Positions 26,419 to 34,081 of a DNA stretch of 64,000 nt are shown piece after piece. Every line of letters begins with the position of its first letter. Position 1 is the first letter of the stretch. The stretch is taken from assembly GCA_016188475.1 (NCBI GenBank), contig JACPHT010000008.1:34489-98488 (forward strand), written 5' to 3'. This DNA comes from Candidatus Uhrbacteria bacterium. Lineage in GTDB: Bacteria > Patescibacteriota > Patescibacteriia > UBA9934 > GWF2-40-263. The position numbers and the translations under genes are program-made. The notes under the pieces are model-generated. The model had not been told where the DNA came from, did not search any database, and worked only from the letters and a program-made list of their open reading frames with translations.

Positions 26419-27300
26419 ATGGCTCTGGTGAAGGAAGCGGAGGTCAAGAAAATCTTGACCGCATACAACGGTTCTGTGGACGAAGGATCGCAACTCAACG
26501 TCGACGAGGTCTGTGCGAAGTTGGCCAAGGCAGGCGGAGGTCTCTCGGCGGCGGCTAAGGAGATGTCCTACGAGGATATCGAAGGTGCCGGGATTCCGAA
26601 GGCGGTTGCGCGCGCGATCAGCAAGGTCTGGCGCGGCGACGGCGAGAAGCCGGCAAAGCTCGGGCCGGAAGTCCAGATCGGCGGAGTCGAAGGAACGTTC
26701 GAGGCCCTGGCATTCGCCATGGGCAACATAGGTGCTTTCGGCGACAAGCCGCTCCTCAAGGTCTACGAACCTCTCGGTCGCGACGACGTCACTGGCGAGC
26801 TTCGCAAGCGCTCAGGTGACAAACCGTTCATCGCGTTCAGTGACAAGCAGACGCTGACGGTCGATGTGGAAGCATCGTATGGGAACCTCCAGCTACTCAA
26901 GCAGGGCGTCGAAATCGGCACAAACACAGTGATCAACGGGAAGCTGACAGAGCTCTTCAGGGCTGGAGAGCTTCCTGATCTCGCACTTCCGATCTGCCCG
27001 GTTCACGGGTGCCATCTCATCGGGGATGGTGAGTTCTGCAAGGAATGCAACTTCAGTTGGTCCGGAGTTTCGACCGAGGTTCGCGAGCTTGCGTGGTGTC
27101 ACGTCCAGAACGTGCTCGCGGAAGTTCCTGGCTCGCAGGACGCGAGACTCAAGCAGATCCTCGCCGCTCTCAGCGACGCAAAGGACCAGTACTGGTCCTC
27201 GGCAACGCTCGAGCTCGAGAAACTCAAGGCAACTGGCCAGCCCATCGTGCTGGTCAAGCCGGTCAAGCGTCCCGGACGCTCGACTCCGTCCCGCCGCTAG
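26419..27300 (+). CDS. Hypothetical protein with HhH-like motif (DIEGAGIPKAVARAIS) and C4 zinc ribbon (CPVHGC...CKEC)
   Basis: Motifs seen by eye. GC-rich. First gene of the island. Confidence 0.5.
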   Translation: MALVKEAEVKKILTAYNGSVDEGSQLNVDEVCAKLAKAGGGLSAAAKEMSYEDIEGAGIPKAVARAISKVWRGDGEKPAKLGPEVQIGGVEGTFEALAFAMGNIGAFGDKPLLKVYEPLGRDDVTGELRKRSGDKPFIAFSDKQTLTVDVEASYGNLQLLKQGVEIGTNTVINGKLTELFRAGELPDLALPICPVHGCHLIGDGEFCKECNFSWSGVSTEVRELAWCHVQNVLAEVPGSQDARLKQILAALSDAKDQYWSSATLELEKLKATGQPIVLVKPVKRPGRSTPSRR

Positions 27301-27320
27301 TACGGCAAACTTCTTCACTT

Positions 27321-27350
27321 CCGTGATCCATCTGGGTCACGGATTTTTTG
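27321..27350 (+). terminator. Intrinsic terminator ccgtgatcc-atctgg-gtcacgg + T6
   Basis: Stem plus T-run directly after the 26419 gene stop. Confidence 0.6.
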
Positions 27351-27362
27351 TACACAAAACTC

Positions 27363-27391
27363 TTGACACATTTACGAAAATCACGTAAAAA
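27363..27391 (+). promoter_or_regulatory. Sigma70-type promoter TTGACA-N17-TAAAAA
   Basis: Same architecture as the promoters at 26306, 31006 and 33998. Confidence 0.55.
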
Positions 27392-27452
27392 ACCTTGTCC
27401 TGCGCCTTCTAATCCTGAAGGATGCTGGAAGTACAATAAAAGTGAGGAAAAC

Positions 27453-28619
27453 ATGTCTCTCTCAAGCCTTAAGTCAGAGATCATCTTCCCCTACTTTCAA
27501 TCAGTTGGGGACCTAGATCCAAATTCCGCGACCGATCGTGTTGCGACGGAAATTCTCAAATCCGGGGCCGGTGTCAAAGCAGTTGCCGCGTCAATCCAAG
27601 CTGAAGACCTTATTGGAACAGAGCTTCCGCTTGCAATCAGAAAAGCGCTAGCAATTCGCATCAGAGAAGACGCAATCGCGACAGTCGAAGTTACAACAGG
27701 CGACACGCGAAAGAATCTTCGTCCGGGATCGTTCGATGATGTGATCGGCCACGCAGACTTCAAACGTCTCATGTCAAACGCGATCACTGCCGCGCGCAAG
27801 CAAGGCGTTCCTCTTCGCCATATTCTCTTGAACGGTCCGCGCGGACTTGGCAAAACCACTCTCGCTCTTGTGATCGCAAACGAGCTAAAAGCAAAAGCGC
27901 GTTTGCTCGTTGGATCGCAATTACGAACACCGGTCGACATCACGAACGAGGTTCTGCGATGGGAAAAAGGGTCGGTCGTTTTCATTGACGAGATCCACGG
28001 CATGAGCCGTGCCGCTCAAGAAACGCTTTACAGCGTGATGGAAGACGGCCGCTTGCCAATTACCGAAAAAAGAAAAGGACACCAGACAAAGACGAGCGTT
28101 CCAGCGCCATCAATCACGATCATTGGCGCGACAACAAATCCGTCCAAGTTGCTGGAGCCTTTCCGAAATCGGTTCGGGTCAAAGTATGAACTCGGTTTCT
28201 ACTCGAACGACGAGATGAAAAAGATCGGACAACGATCAGCATCCATTCTCGGTCTGACGATCGAACCATCGGCTGTTCAAAAGCTTGTTGCGCACTGTCG
28301 CGACAATCCACGCACTCTCAACGAGTTCCTGCTCCAACTGAACGATCTGTCCATTGCTCAATCGTTATTGTCCGTCACAGTCGAACACGTTTCAGACCTT
28401 TTGAAACTCAACGGCTATGATGAACAGGGTTTGCGTCCTGAAGAACGTCGCTATGTGGAAGCGCTCAAAACGATCGGTGGAAGTGGCAGTCTCAAAACCA
28501 TAGCCGAGACGCTTGACATGGAAGTTTCAGAAGTCGAAGGAACGATCGAGCGATGGTTGGTGCGTAAAGGAATGATTCGCCGGACTCCAAAAGGCCGGCA
28601 GATCATAGAAAGGAGCTGA
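27453..28619 (+). CDS. RuvB-family AAA+ ATPase paralog with ~50-aa N-terminal extension
   Basis: Collinear with RuvB over its whole length: LRP...IGH...LLNGPRGLGKTTLALVIANEL, FIDEIHGMS, LYSVMEDG, IGATTNPS, PFRNRFG, C-terminal winged helix RTPKGRQI. SD gagga before ATG 27453. Confidence 0.7.
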   Translation: MSLSSLKSEIIFPYFQSVGDLDPNSATDRVATEILKSGAGVKAVAASIQAEDLIGTELPLAIRKALAIRIREDAIATVEVTTGDTRKNLRPGSFDDVIGHADFKRLMSNAITAARKQGVPLRHILLNGPRGLGKTTLALVIANELKAKARLLVGSQLRTPVDITNEVLRWEKGSVVFIDEIHGMSRAAQETLYSVMEDGRLPITEKRKGHQTKTSVPAPSITIIGATTNPSKLLEPFRNRFGSKYELGFYSNDEMKKIGQRSASILGLTIEPSAVQKLVAHCRDNPRTLNEFLLQLNDLSIAQSLLSVTVEHVSDLLKLNGYDEQGLRPEERRYVEALKTIGGSGSLKTIAETLDMEVSEVEGTIERWLVRKGMIRRTPKGRQIIERS

Positions 28620-28622
28620 GAA

Positions 28623-29765
28623 ATGGACTTTCCTGTTATTGTTCTAAAAACTGGAAAAGAGTCAATCCCGGACGGCCCTGCCGTAATCATAATCGCGAAA
28701 AACGGCAAGTTTCTCTTGAAGCGACTTGGAATAGTCGAGGCCGCGGTTCCGTACACAGACCAGATTTCAGGACTTGCCGAATACGAGACTTGGGCAGAGC
28801 TCAATGTTGAGAAAATTCCGTTCGAGATCTTCATCCAGGTCTTTCACTTCATGCGAACGATCTACAACAACAAGAAGACGGAATGCAATGTGATTCTGTT
28901 CTATCATCAAAAGGAAAAACAGTGGGCTGTTGTGGTTCCACCACAGATTGTCTCGCACAGCAGTGTGCACTATCAGGATGGTATCGCGGGAGCGAAAGAC
29001 GGATGGATCAAAGTTGGAACACTCCACAGTCACTGCGACTTTTCAGCAGGACATAGCGGTGGCGATCACAGAGACGAAGAGCACTTCGACGGAATCCACA
29101 TCACGCTCGGTCACGTTGACAAAGACGAACCCACATTGAGTGTAAGTCTTGTCGTCAACGGCATGCGGTTCATGAAAACTCCGCAAGAATACATTGCTGG
29201 AGTCAAACGTGTTGAAGAAAAAGAAATGGTCCAGGAATACGAAACAAAGTGGGTTGATGGCGATGATACCGCTGACGAAAGTCACGCAGAGCAAGAAGAG
29301 TCTTTGGTGACTAGCATGTGCACATTAGTGACTAGATTTCTACCGAAGTTCGGTGGTGGGGAGATCGGCGGTACTAGTAACACATATGTCAAACCCAGTT
29401 GGCCTACCAAGGTCTACAAGTACAGACCCCAAAAGCGAATCGAAGTTCCAACCAAAATGGTGGAACGCACAGTCTCCAGACTTGTGTTCGACTTTCCTGA
29501 AGGAAAAAAGGTGGAGGATTATGAATTTCCGCAGGAATGGTTGGACAATGTGAAGACATCGTACGAGTTGCACAAGATGGAACATCCTGTTCGTCCAAGA
29601 CGGAGAAGAAAATTCCGTGATGCGGGCGTTTCAAAAAGTAACGACCATCAACAAGAGTCAATAAACAATGAGGAAGAAGAAACAGCTTACACATGTATGA
29701 CCGACGATGAACTTGCGGAGATAATCTCAAGGCATCAACGTGGATGCCAAGAAGGAGAAGAATGA
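28623..29765 (+). CDS. JAB/MPN (JAMM) metallopeptidase-domain protein
   Basis: Exact JAMM motif HSHCDFSAGHSGGD (HxHx7Sx2D) at 29025-29066, with an upstream Glu. SD ggag before the ATG. Only a 3-nt gap after the RuvB-like stop. Confidence 0.7.
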   Translation: MDFPVIVLKTGKESIPDGPAVIIIAKNGKFLLKRLGIVEAAVPYTDQISGLAEYETWAELNVEKIPFEIFIQVFHFMRTIYNNKKTECNVILFYHQKEKQWAVVVPPQIVSHSSVHYQDGIAGAKDGWIKVGTLHSHCDFSAGHSGGDHRDEEHFDGIHITLGHVDKDEPTLSVSLVVNGMRFMKTPQEYIAGVKRVEEKEMVQEYETKWVDGDDTADESHAEQEESLVTSMCTLVTRFLPKFGGGEIGGTSNTYVKPSWPTKVYKYRPQKRIEVPTKMVERTVSRLVFDFPEGKKVEDYEFPQEWLDNVKTSYELHKMEHPVRPRRRRKFRDAGVSKSNDHQQESINNEEEETAYTCMTDDELAEIISRHQRGCQEGEE

Positions 29766-29766
29766 G

Positions 29767-30534
29767 ATGAAGGAACTGAACATCGTGGTAGTCGGAATAG
29801 GAGGTGTTGGAAGCGCTCTTGTTCCAAAGCTCTGTCGCTATTGTCAGCACATCAAGCCCCAGGTTCCTGTCAGTCTGGTTCTGATCGACGGAGACTTGTA
29901 CGAACAGAACAACGCGAATCGACAGTCGTTTCATCGGTTCGGAAACAAAGCAGAGGTTACGGTTGAAGCTCTCGCGCCTCAATTCGACCGAATTCAACTC
30001 TCGGCAATAGCCGAGTTCCTCAAACCCGACAACATTGACTTCATCATCGCTGAAGGCTCGATCGTTTTCCTGTGCGTTGACAACAACACATCAAGAAAGA
30101 TGGTCGATGATTTCACACACAAGTTCAAGAACATTGTCGTCATCTGCGGCGGAAACGACATGACTGACGGAAACGTACAGATCTACATCCGTCGCAAAGG
30201 CAAGGACATAACAGCATCACTCGCTGACATTCATCCAGAAATCGCTTCGCCACAAGGCAAGGCTCCGTATCAAATGAACTGCGAAGAGCTAGCGATGGCA
30301 TCATCTCCACAGCTTTTCTTCGCCAACGATTTGGTCAGCGCTCTGATGTGTCTGGTCTTCTACCAGATAATCGAAGTCAAGGACTTTCTTGACAAACCTA
30401 GGTTCGGTGAGCTTTACTTTGACATGCTACTAGGTCGCGTTGAATCTGTTGTTCGAAATCCTGTTGTCAAAGTGGCACAGGTTGATCGAAAAAAGTGTAA
30501 GGGCAAGTCCAAGCCAGCAAAGAAAGGAAGGTAG
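29767..30534 (+). CDS. E1-like ubiquitin-activating enzyme of the minimal ThiF/MoeB type. The track's alternative GTG start is 29740.
   Basis: Rossmann VVVGIGGVGS. DGDLYEQNNANRQ (DxDxxExxNxNRQ) at 29887-29925. CVDNNTSR. Catalytic-Cys loop NCEELAMASSPQ. SD ggagaag. Start is 1 nt after the JAB stop. Confidence 0.7.
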   Translation: MKELNIVVVGIGGVGSALVPKLCRYCQHIKPQVPVSLVLIDGDLYEQNNANRQSFHRFGNKAEVTVEALAPQFDRIQLSAIAEFLKPDNIDFIIAEGSIVFLCVDNNTSRKMVDDFTHKFKNIVVICGGNDMTDGNVQIYIRRKGKDITASLADIHPEIASPQGKAPYQMNCEELAMASSPQLFFANDLVSALMCLVFYQIIEVKDFLDKPRFGELYFDMLLGRVESVVRNPVVKVAQVDRKKCKGKSKPAKKGR

Positions 30535-30536
30535 TG

Positions 30537-30953
30537 ATGGCAAGGAGATACTCGGAGCAGGAACTTCTCGGCAAGACCAAGTTGAGTCTGCGAGAGGTCT
30601 GCAATGAAATCGGGCTCGAGTTCAACAATAGCATGAGCATCGACGAACTGGTCAAGGCAATCATGAAGCGTCAAGGTGGTGCGCAGAACGCAGCGCCTGC
30701 AGAAGACGACGGAGACACAACGGACAACGAAAACGAAGGCGGTTCTGTAACTGTGACCTGTGGCGCTTCGAGCCAGGTCCTGGAAGTCGCTGGCAAGTCT
30801 ATCGCGTACGTTCGCAGGGAATACGCGTCCGTTTTCAACATCGGTCGCGAAAGCAAGGCAATGCTCAACGGAGCCGAGGAGAACGACGAAAGTCACATTC
30901 TCGAAGACGGGGACAACCTCGAGTTCGTCAAGAAGAGCGGAGACAAAGCATAA
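30537..30953 (+). CDS. Rho_N-like helix-hairpin domain fused to a ThiS/MoaD-like beta-grasp ubiquitin-like domain, ending ...LEDGDNLEFVKKSG-DKA
   Basis: N-terminus SEQELLGKTKLSLREVCNEIGLEF...SIDELVKAIMKRQ, a Rho_N pattern. C-terminus has the beta-grasp DGD...EFV...SG pattern with a 3-residue tail. Its ATG sits 2 nt after the E1 stop TAG (the alternative GTG start at 30534 overlaps it). Confidence 0.55.
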   Translation: MARRYSEQELLGKTKLSLREVCNEIGLEFNNSMSIDELVKAIMKRQGGAQNAAPAEDDGDTTDNENEGGSVTVTCGASSQVLEVAGKSIAYVRREYASVFNIGRESKAMLNGAEENDESHILEDGDNLEFVKKSGDKA

Positions 30954-30976
30954 ACTAGTCTTCCGCTGGTAACTTA

Positions 30977-31005
30977 CCCACGACAAACTGTCGTGGGATT
31001 TTTTA
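30977..31005 (+). terminator. Intrinsic terminator cccacgaca-aac-tgtcgtggg + T-run
   Basis: 9-bp perfect stem with T-run, seen directly. Confidence 0.7.
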
Positions 31006-31034
31006 TTGACAAAAAATTACTTTTGATGTAAAAA
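31006..31034 (+). promoter_or_regulatory. Sigma70-type promoter TTGACA-N17-TAAAAA
   Basis: Same module as the other island promoters. Confidence 0.55.
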
Positions 31035-31081
31035 ATCTCGTCTGCCAAGAATGGCAGTGCTCATTACAATGAGGTTACAAC

Positions 31082-33790
31082 ATGAGTATTTGGGAAGAAA
31101 CCGCAATCCATCTCACTCCAGACGGCCTTGCCGAACTTCGCACTGACCGTGTGAAATCAACACCAAAAGGAACTCCACTCAGACTTAAAGTGGCACGCCG
31201 AAGTTTTGCGATAACAGACTTGCTCGGCAAACAGAGCGAACAGGAAATCAATCACCGCTTTTGTCGTTTCGTATACACAAAAGGAAATGTTACATGGTAC
31301 GTGGTCGAAGAGCCTCCGTGCATACGAACGGTAACATGGTCATTCTTAAATGAAGATTGGAAAAAAATCCAAGATCGAGGATTGATCCGCAAGTTGGGCC
31401 TGGATCCAAAAACAGATTCAAAGCGAACACGATTTCAATTCGCGTTCCCGTACACGATTTTTCTTCTGCCAATCTCGCCATATGATGGCGGGGTTTCACT
31501 CGGGTTGGGACAGATAGCGCTCCGCGCAGAACCACTACGCAGTCTTCAGGACGACCTATTCTGGGCTCCGTTTTCAAACCAAAGAAGTACAAACGGCGAT
31601 ATGTGTCTTGGAGATAAGAGACCAAGCAAAGCTAAGGCTCCGTGCGAGCTGATTGATCAGCTTATCGCTCACTGGTGGCTAAGCAATTTCAATGATCACT
31701 GGGTCGAGCGATACATAACGTATCAGGAACGAATCCCTGAAATGGCAACGCCATGGGAATGGGAATACTACAGCAAAAGGCGCCCATCATGGGTTCTTGA
31801 AGCTGATTGGATTCGAATGGGAATGACAGTCGAAGAAAAACTCGTCGTTGGCAAAAGTAATAAAACCACTATATTCGCGGATCTTGCGAGAATAGCCAAG
31901 TCTGCTCCAGAAGTGATTCCTGGATCTGACTGGAAAAAAACTAAAAAAGACGAAGCTCGCGCAACAAAAGCGACACTTATGCCTTACGGACAGACAGTTC
32001 AGGTTGGTGACGAGTTTTACTGTACAAACTCTGTGTTAGATTTCCAAGCTGGCAAAACATACAATGTAAATAATATAGAAAACTGCTCATGCGGCGATCC
32101 AGGACACACAGCCTTGTACTTTCAAGGTGGTGGATGTTTGAAGGCCTGTGATGTTCATCATTACTTTCAACGCGCTGACAAATTTCCAACACAACTGTTT
32201 CAGATTGGGTCGCATCAGATCTGGACCGGAACAAAATTCGTCCTCGTGAACAATGATGACATTACTGGAATTCGCACTGGCGCATACATGATCTCGGCGT
32301 TGATGGTAGACCAAGAAGGTGATGTCAAAATCAGAGTCTCTGGACTTTCTGGCTGGATTTACATAACGCACGAACAAACTCTCTTGCCATCTATCAGACT
32401 GTTCATTCCTGAACTCAAGGACAACACGTTTACATACGGCGAGTCCACATTGAAAGTCGGGACAACTGTCAATGTGGTAAACGGCGCAACGAAGATCCAA
32501 AATAAACTGTTACGTGTTGAATCAATAACTCAAGAGGATCAGTCATACTTCGTGACATTCGAAGGACGACAGGAACGATTTTCTCTCTTTTCGAGCGGAA
32601 CCCTTCAGATGAATTGGGAGACGACCGTTTACGAATTCTCTGAACAGCGCGTCGGATTCGGAAAAAAAATTCTTGATTTGACCACTCACACACATATTCT
32701 TGTAAGAGTGGCTGAACAACCGCTTCGCAACGGGACAATATACGAAGCACTTCACTTCGTTCATCCTGAAGGCAAGCACCCACTTGACGTTGACCTTTTA
32801 ATCGCAAACGGAAACGAAACAATTCCGGTTGTTCGCGATTCAAAATGGGTCTTCCCTGAAGCATACACTCCTGTCACGGTCATCTACCAAGATGACGCGT
32901 TGACACTTAAGTCAGGCGAAGTCTTGGTTTGCCAAATAACCGATGTTCCAGGAATCAAAAAAAACGAAGAGGTGACCATACTGTGCTTTATGGAGTCATC
33001 AATTGAAAATCGAAGGCTGATCATAGTCCTGACTGATGGACGAACGATTTGCCTTACGCAAGATACATTGAAGTACTTTGTCCGTAAGGCAAAACCAACA
33101 TGGACCGTGGAAGAGGTAAGACGACTTCCTGAAATATGGTTTAACACAAGCAAAGCGTTTGAGAAACCTCAATCGCTTAACACACTTCCAAAACCGCTCG
33201 TCAGAGCAATCTTGAAGAGAAAAAGCCTAAAGGGCTTTGGTCAGTTTGTTTCTAAGGACTTCAACGGCAACGCTCTTCATATCGGAGACATTGTGTGTAT
33301 TCGCTATATTGCGTTTTTCCAAGGAAACGGTGGTATAGAATCGCAGTACAGTAATAAGTACGCGCTGGTTGTTCATTCATATCTGAATCCAGCACAAAGA
33401 TACTATTACTCATACCTCTTCCTTGGAGTTCAAACTGCTGAAGGAAGAGTTAACATCAGAAGCGACTCTGCTGAATTTGAGAAAGTGGATCCTGAATACC
33501 AAGGTCAAGAAGCCAGAAGACAAATGGCTATCAACATAAACGATTATCTTCAAGTGTGCACCTTCGATGATAGTTTCACTACTATGATCGAAGAAGGGTC
33601 GCTTGTCAGGATTCGTCATGATGTAAATCCAAAGTACGGCCGCGGAAACGTGCAAGCAAACGAAGTCGGAAGAGTTCGTCGACTTATTGAAAACGAGGAG
33701 GTCGTTGTTGACTTCCCCGCAGAAACTGAATGGATCGGACTGATCAACGAGATTGAAATCTGTCCATTTGAGCCTAGCCAACATGTTTAG
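31082..33790 (+). CDS. Large hypothetical protein A (902 aa), paralog of 34082-36682
   Basis: Many conserved blocks with paralog B (PPCIRTV..W, TRFxxAFPYTIF, WEWE, LLPSI..IP.LKDNTFT.G, TILCF). No known motif recognised. Confidence 0.6.
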   Translation: MSIWEETAIHLTPDGLAELRTDRVKSTPKGTPLRLKVARRSFAITDLLGKQSEQEINHRFCRFVYTKGNVTWYVVEEPPCIRTVTWSFLNEDWKKIQDRGLIRKLGLDPKTDSKRTRFQFAFPYTIFLLPISPYDGGVSLGLGQIALRAEPLRSLQDDLFWAPFSNQRSTNGDMCLGDKRPSKAKAPCELIDQLIAHWWLSNFNDHWVERYITYQERIPEMATPWEWEYYSKRRPSWVLEADWIRMGMTVEEKLVVGKSNKTTIFADLARIAKSAPEVIPGSDWKKTKKDEARATKATLMPYGQTVQVGDEFYCTNSVLDFQAGKTYNVNNIENCSCGDPGHTALYFQGGGCLKACDVHHYFQRADKFPTQLFQIGSHQIWTGTKFVLVNNDDITGIRTGAYMISALMVDQEGDVKIRVSGLSGWIYITHEQTLLPSIRLFIPELKDNTFTYGESTLKVGTTVNVVNGATKIQNKLLRVESITQEDQSYFVTFEGRQERFSLFSSGTLQMNWETTVYEFSEQRVGFGKKILDLTTHTHILVRVAEQPLRNGTIYEALHFVHPEGKHPLDVDLLIANGNETIPVVRDSKWVFPEAYTPVTVIYQDDALTLKSGEVLVCQITDVPGIKKNEEVTILCFMESSIENRRLIIVLTDGRTICLTQDTLKYFVRKAKPTWTVEEVRRLPEIWFNTSKAFEKPQSLNTLPKPLVRAILKRKSLKGFGQFVSKDFNGNALHIGDIVCIRYIAFFQGNGGIESQYSNKYALVVHSYLNPAQRYYYSYLFLGVQTAEGRVNIRSDSAEFEKVDPEYQGQEARRQMAININDYLQVCTFDDSFTTMIEEGSLVRIRHDVNPKYGRGNVQANEVGRVRRLIENEEVVVDFPAETEWIGLINEIEICPFEPSQHV

Positions 33791-33817
33791 CTAAGACCGC
33801 AATGTCAGCCCAAATTC

Positions 33818-33958
33818 ATGATGGGCAAAGCGCAACACGGCGAGCATGGTGTCTTCAAAGAACTTCTCAATGACGGCGTGGTTGTCGTGGACTTTCCAAA
33901 CCATCAAGGGTGGTTTGGAGACATAAACGACATCCAACCAGCCGGTACAACGAAATAG
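33818..33958 (+). CDS. Small ORF (46 aa), MMGKAQHGEHGVFKELLNDGVVVVDFPNHQGWFGDINDIQPAGTTK
   Basis: Resembles the C-terminal block of protein A (GRVRRLIENEEVVVDFPAETEWIGLINEIEI). No clear SD. Confidence 0.3.
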   Translation: MMGKAQHGEHGVFKELLNDGVVVVDFPNHQGWFGDINDIQPAGTTK

Positions 33959-33972
33959 GTCATGTTCTCTGT

Positions 33973-33996
33973 CCTGCCTAAAAGGCAGGATTTTTT
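33973..33996 (+). terminator. Intrinsic terminator cctgcc-taaaa-ggcagg + T-run
   Basis: Seen directly. Confidence 0.65.
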
Positions 33997-33997
33997 C

Positions 33998-34026
33998 TTG
34001 ACAAAAAAACAAAAAAGCGGTAAAAG
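33998..34026 (+). promoter_or_regulatory. Sigma70-type promoter TTGACA-N17-TAAAAG
   Basis: Same module. SD aggaaag before ATG 34082. Confidence 0.55.
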
Positions 34027-34081
34027 AATAGGCCGCATTTTGCGGTCGCCCTTTACAAAAACCTTTCAAAGGAAAGTGAAA

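Noticed and set aside
27348-27452. Longer RuvB-like ORF starting at 27348 (track start)
   Set aside because: 27348 is a TTG. The segment contains the terminator T-run of the upstream gene and the TTGACA-N17-TAAAAA promoter. ATG 27453 has a good SD.
27453-28619. Housekeeping ruvB
   Set aside because: Not excluded. I consider it less likely because of the GC-rich island context, the own promoter, the N-terminal extension, the absence of ruvA, and translational coupling to JAB-E1-Ubl.
29740-29766. E1 start at GTG 29740 and Ubl start at GTG 30534
   Set aside because: Each has an in-frame ATG with a strong SD just downstream (29767 and 30537), giving minimal overlaps typical of coupled genes.
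28623-30953. ThiS/ThiF or MoaD/MoeB cofactor-biosynthesis operon
   Set aside because: No ThiG/ThiH/MoaE-type partner in the island. The Ubl carries a Rho_N-like fusion. The operon is led by a RuvB-like ATPase. Still possible in principle; flagged in would_refute.
33962-34081. Longer protein B starting at ATG 33962
   Set aside because: That start lies upstream of the intrinsic terminator (33973-33996) and promoter (33998-34026). ATG 34082 has an SD and aligns with the start of paralog A.
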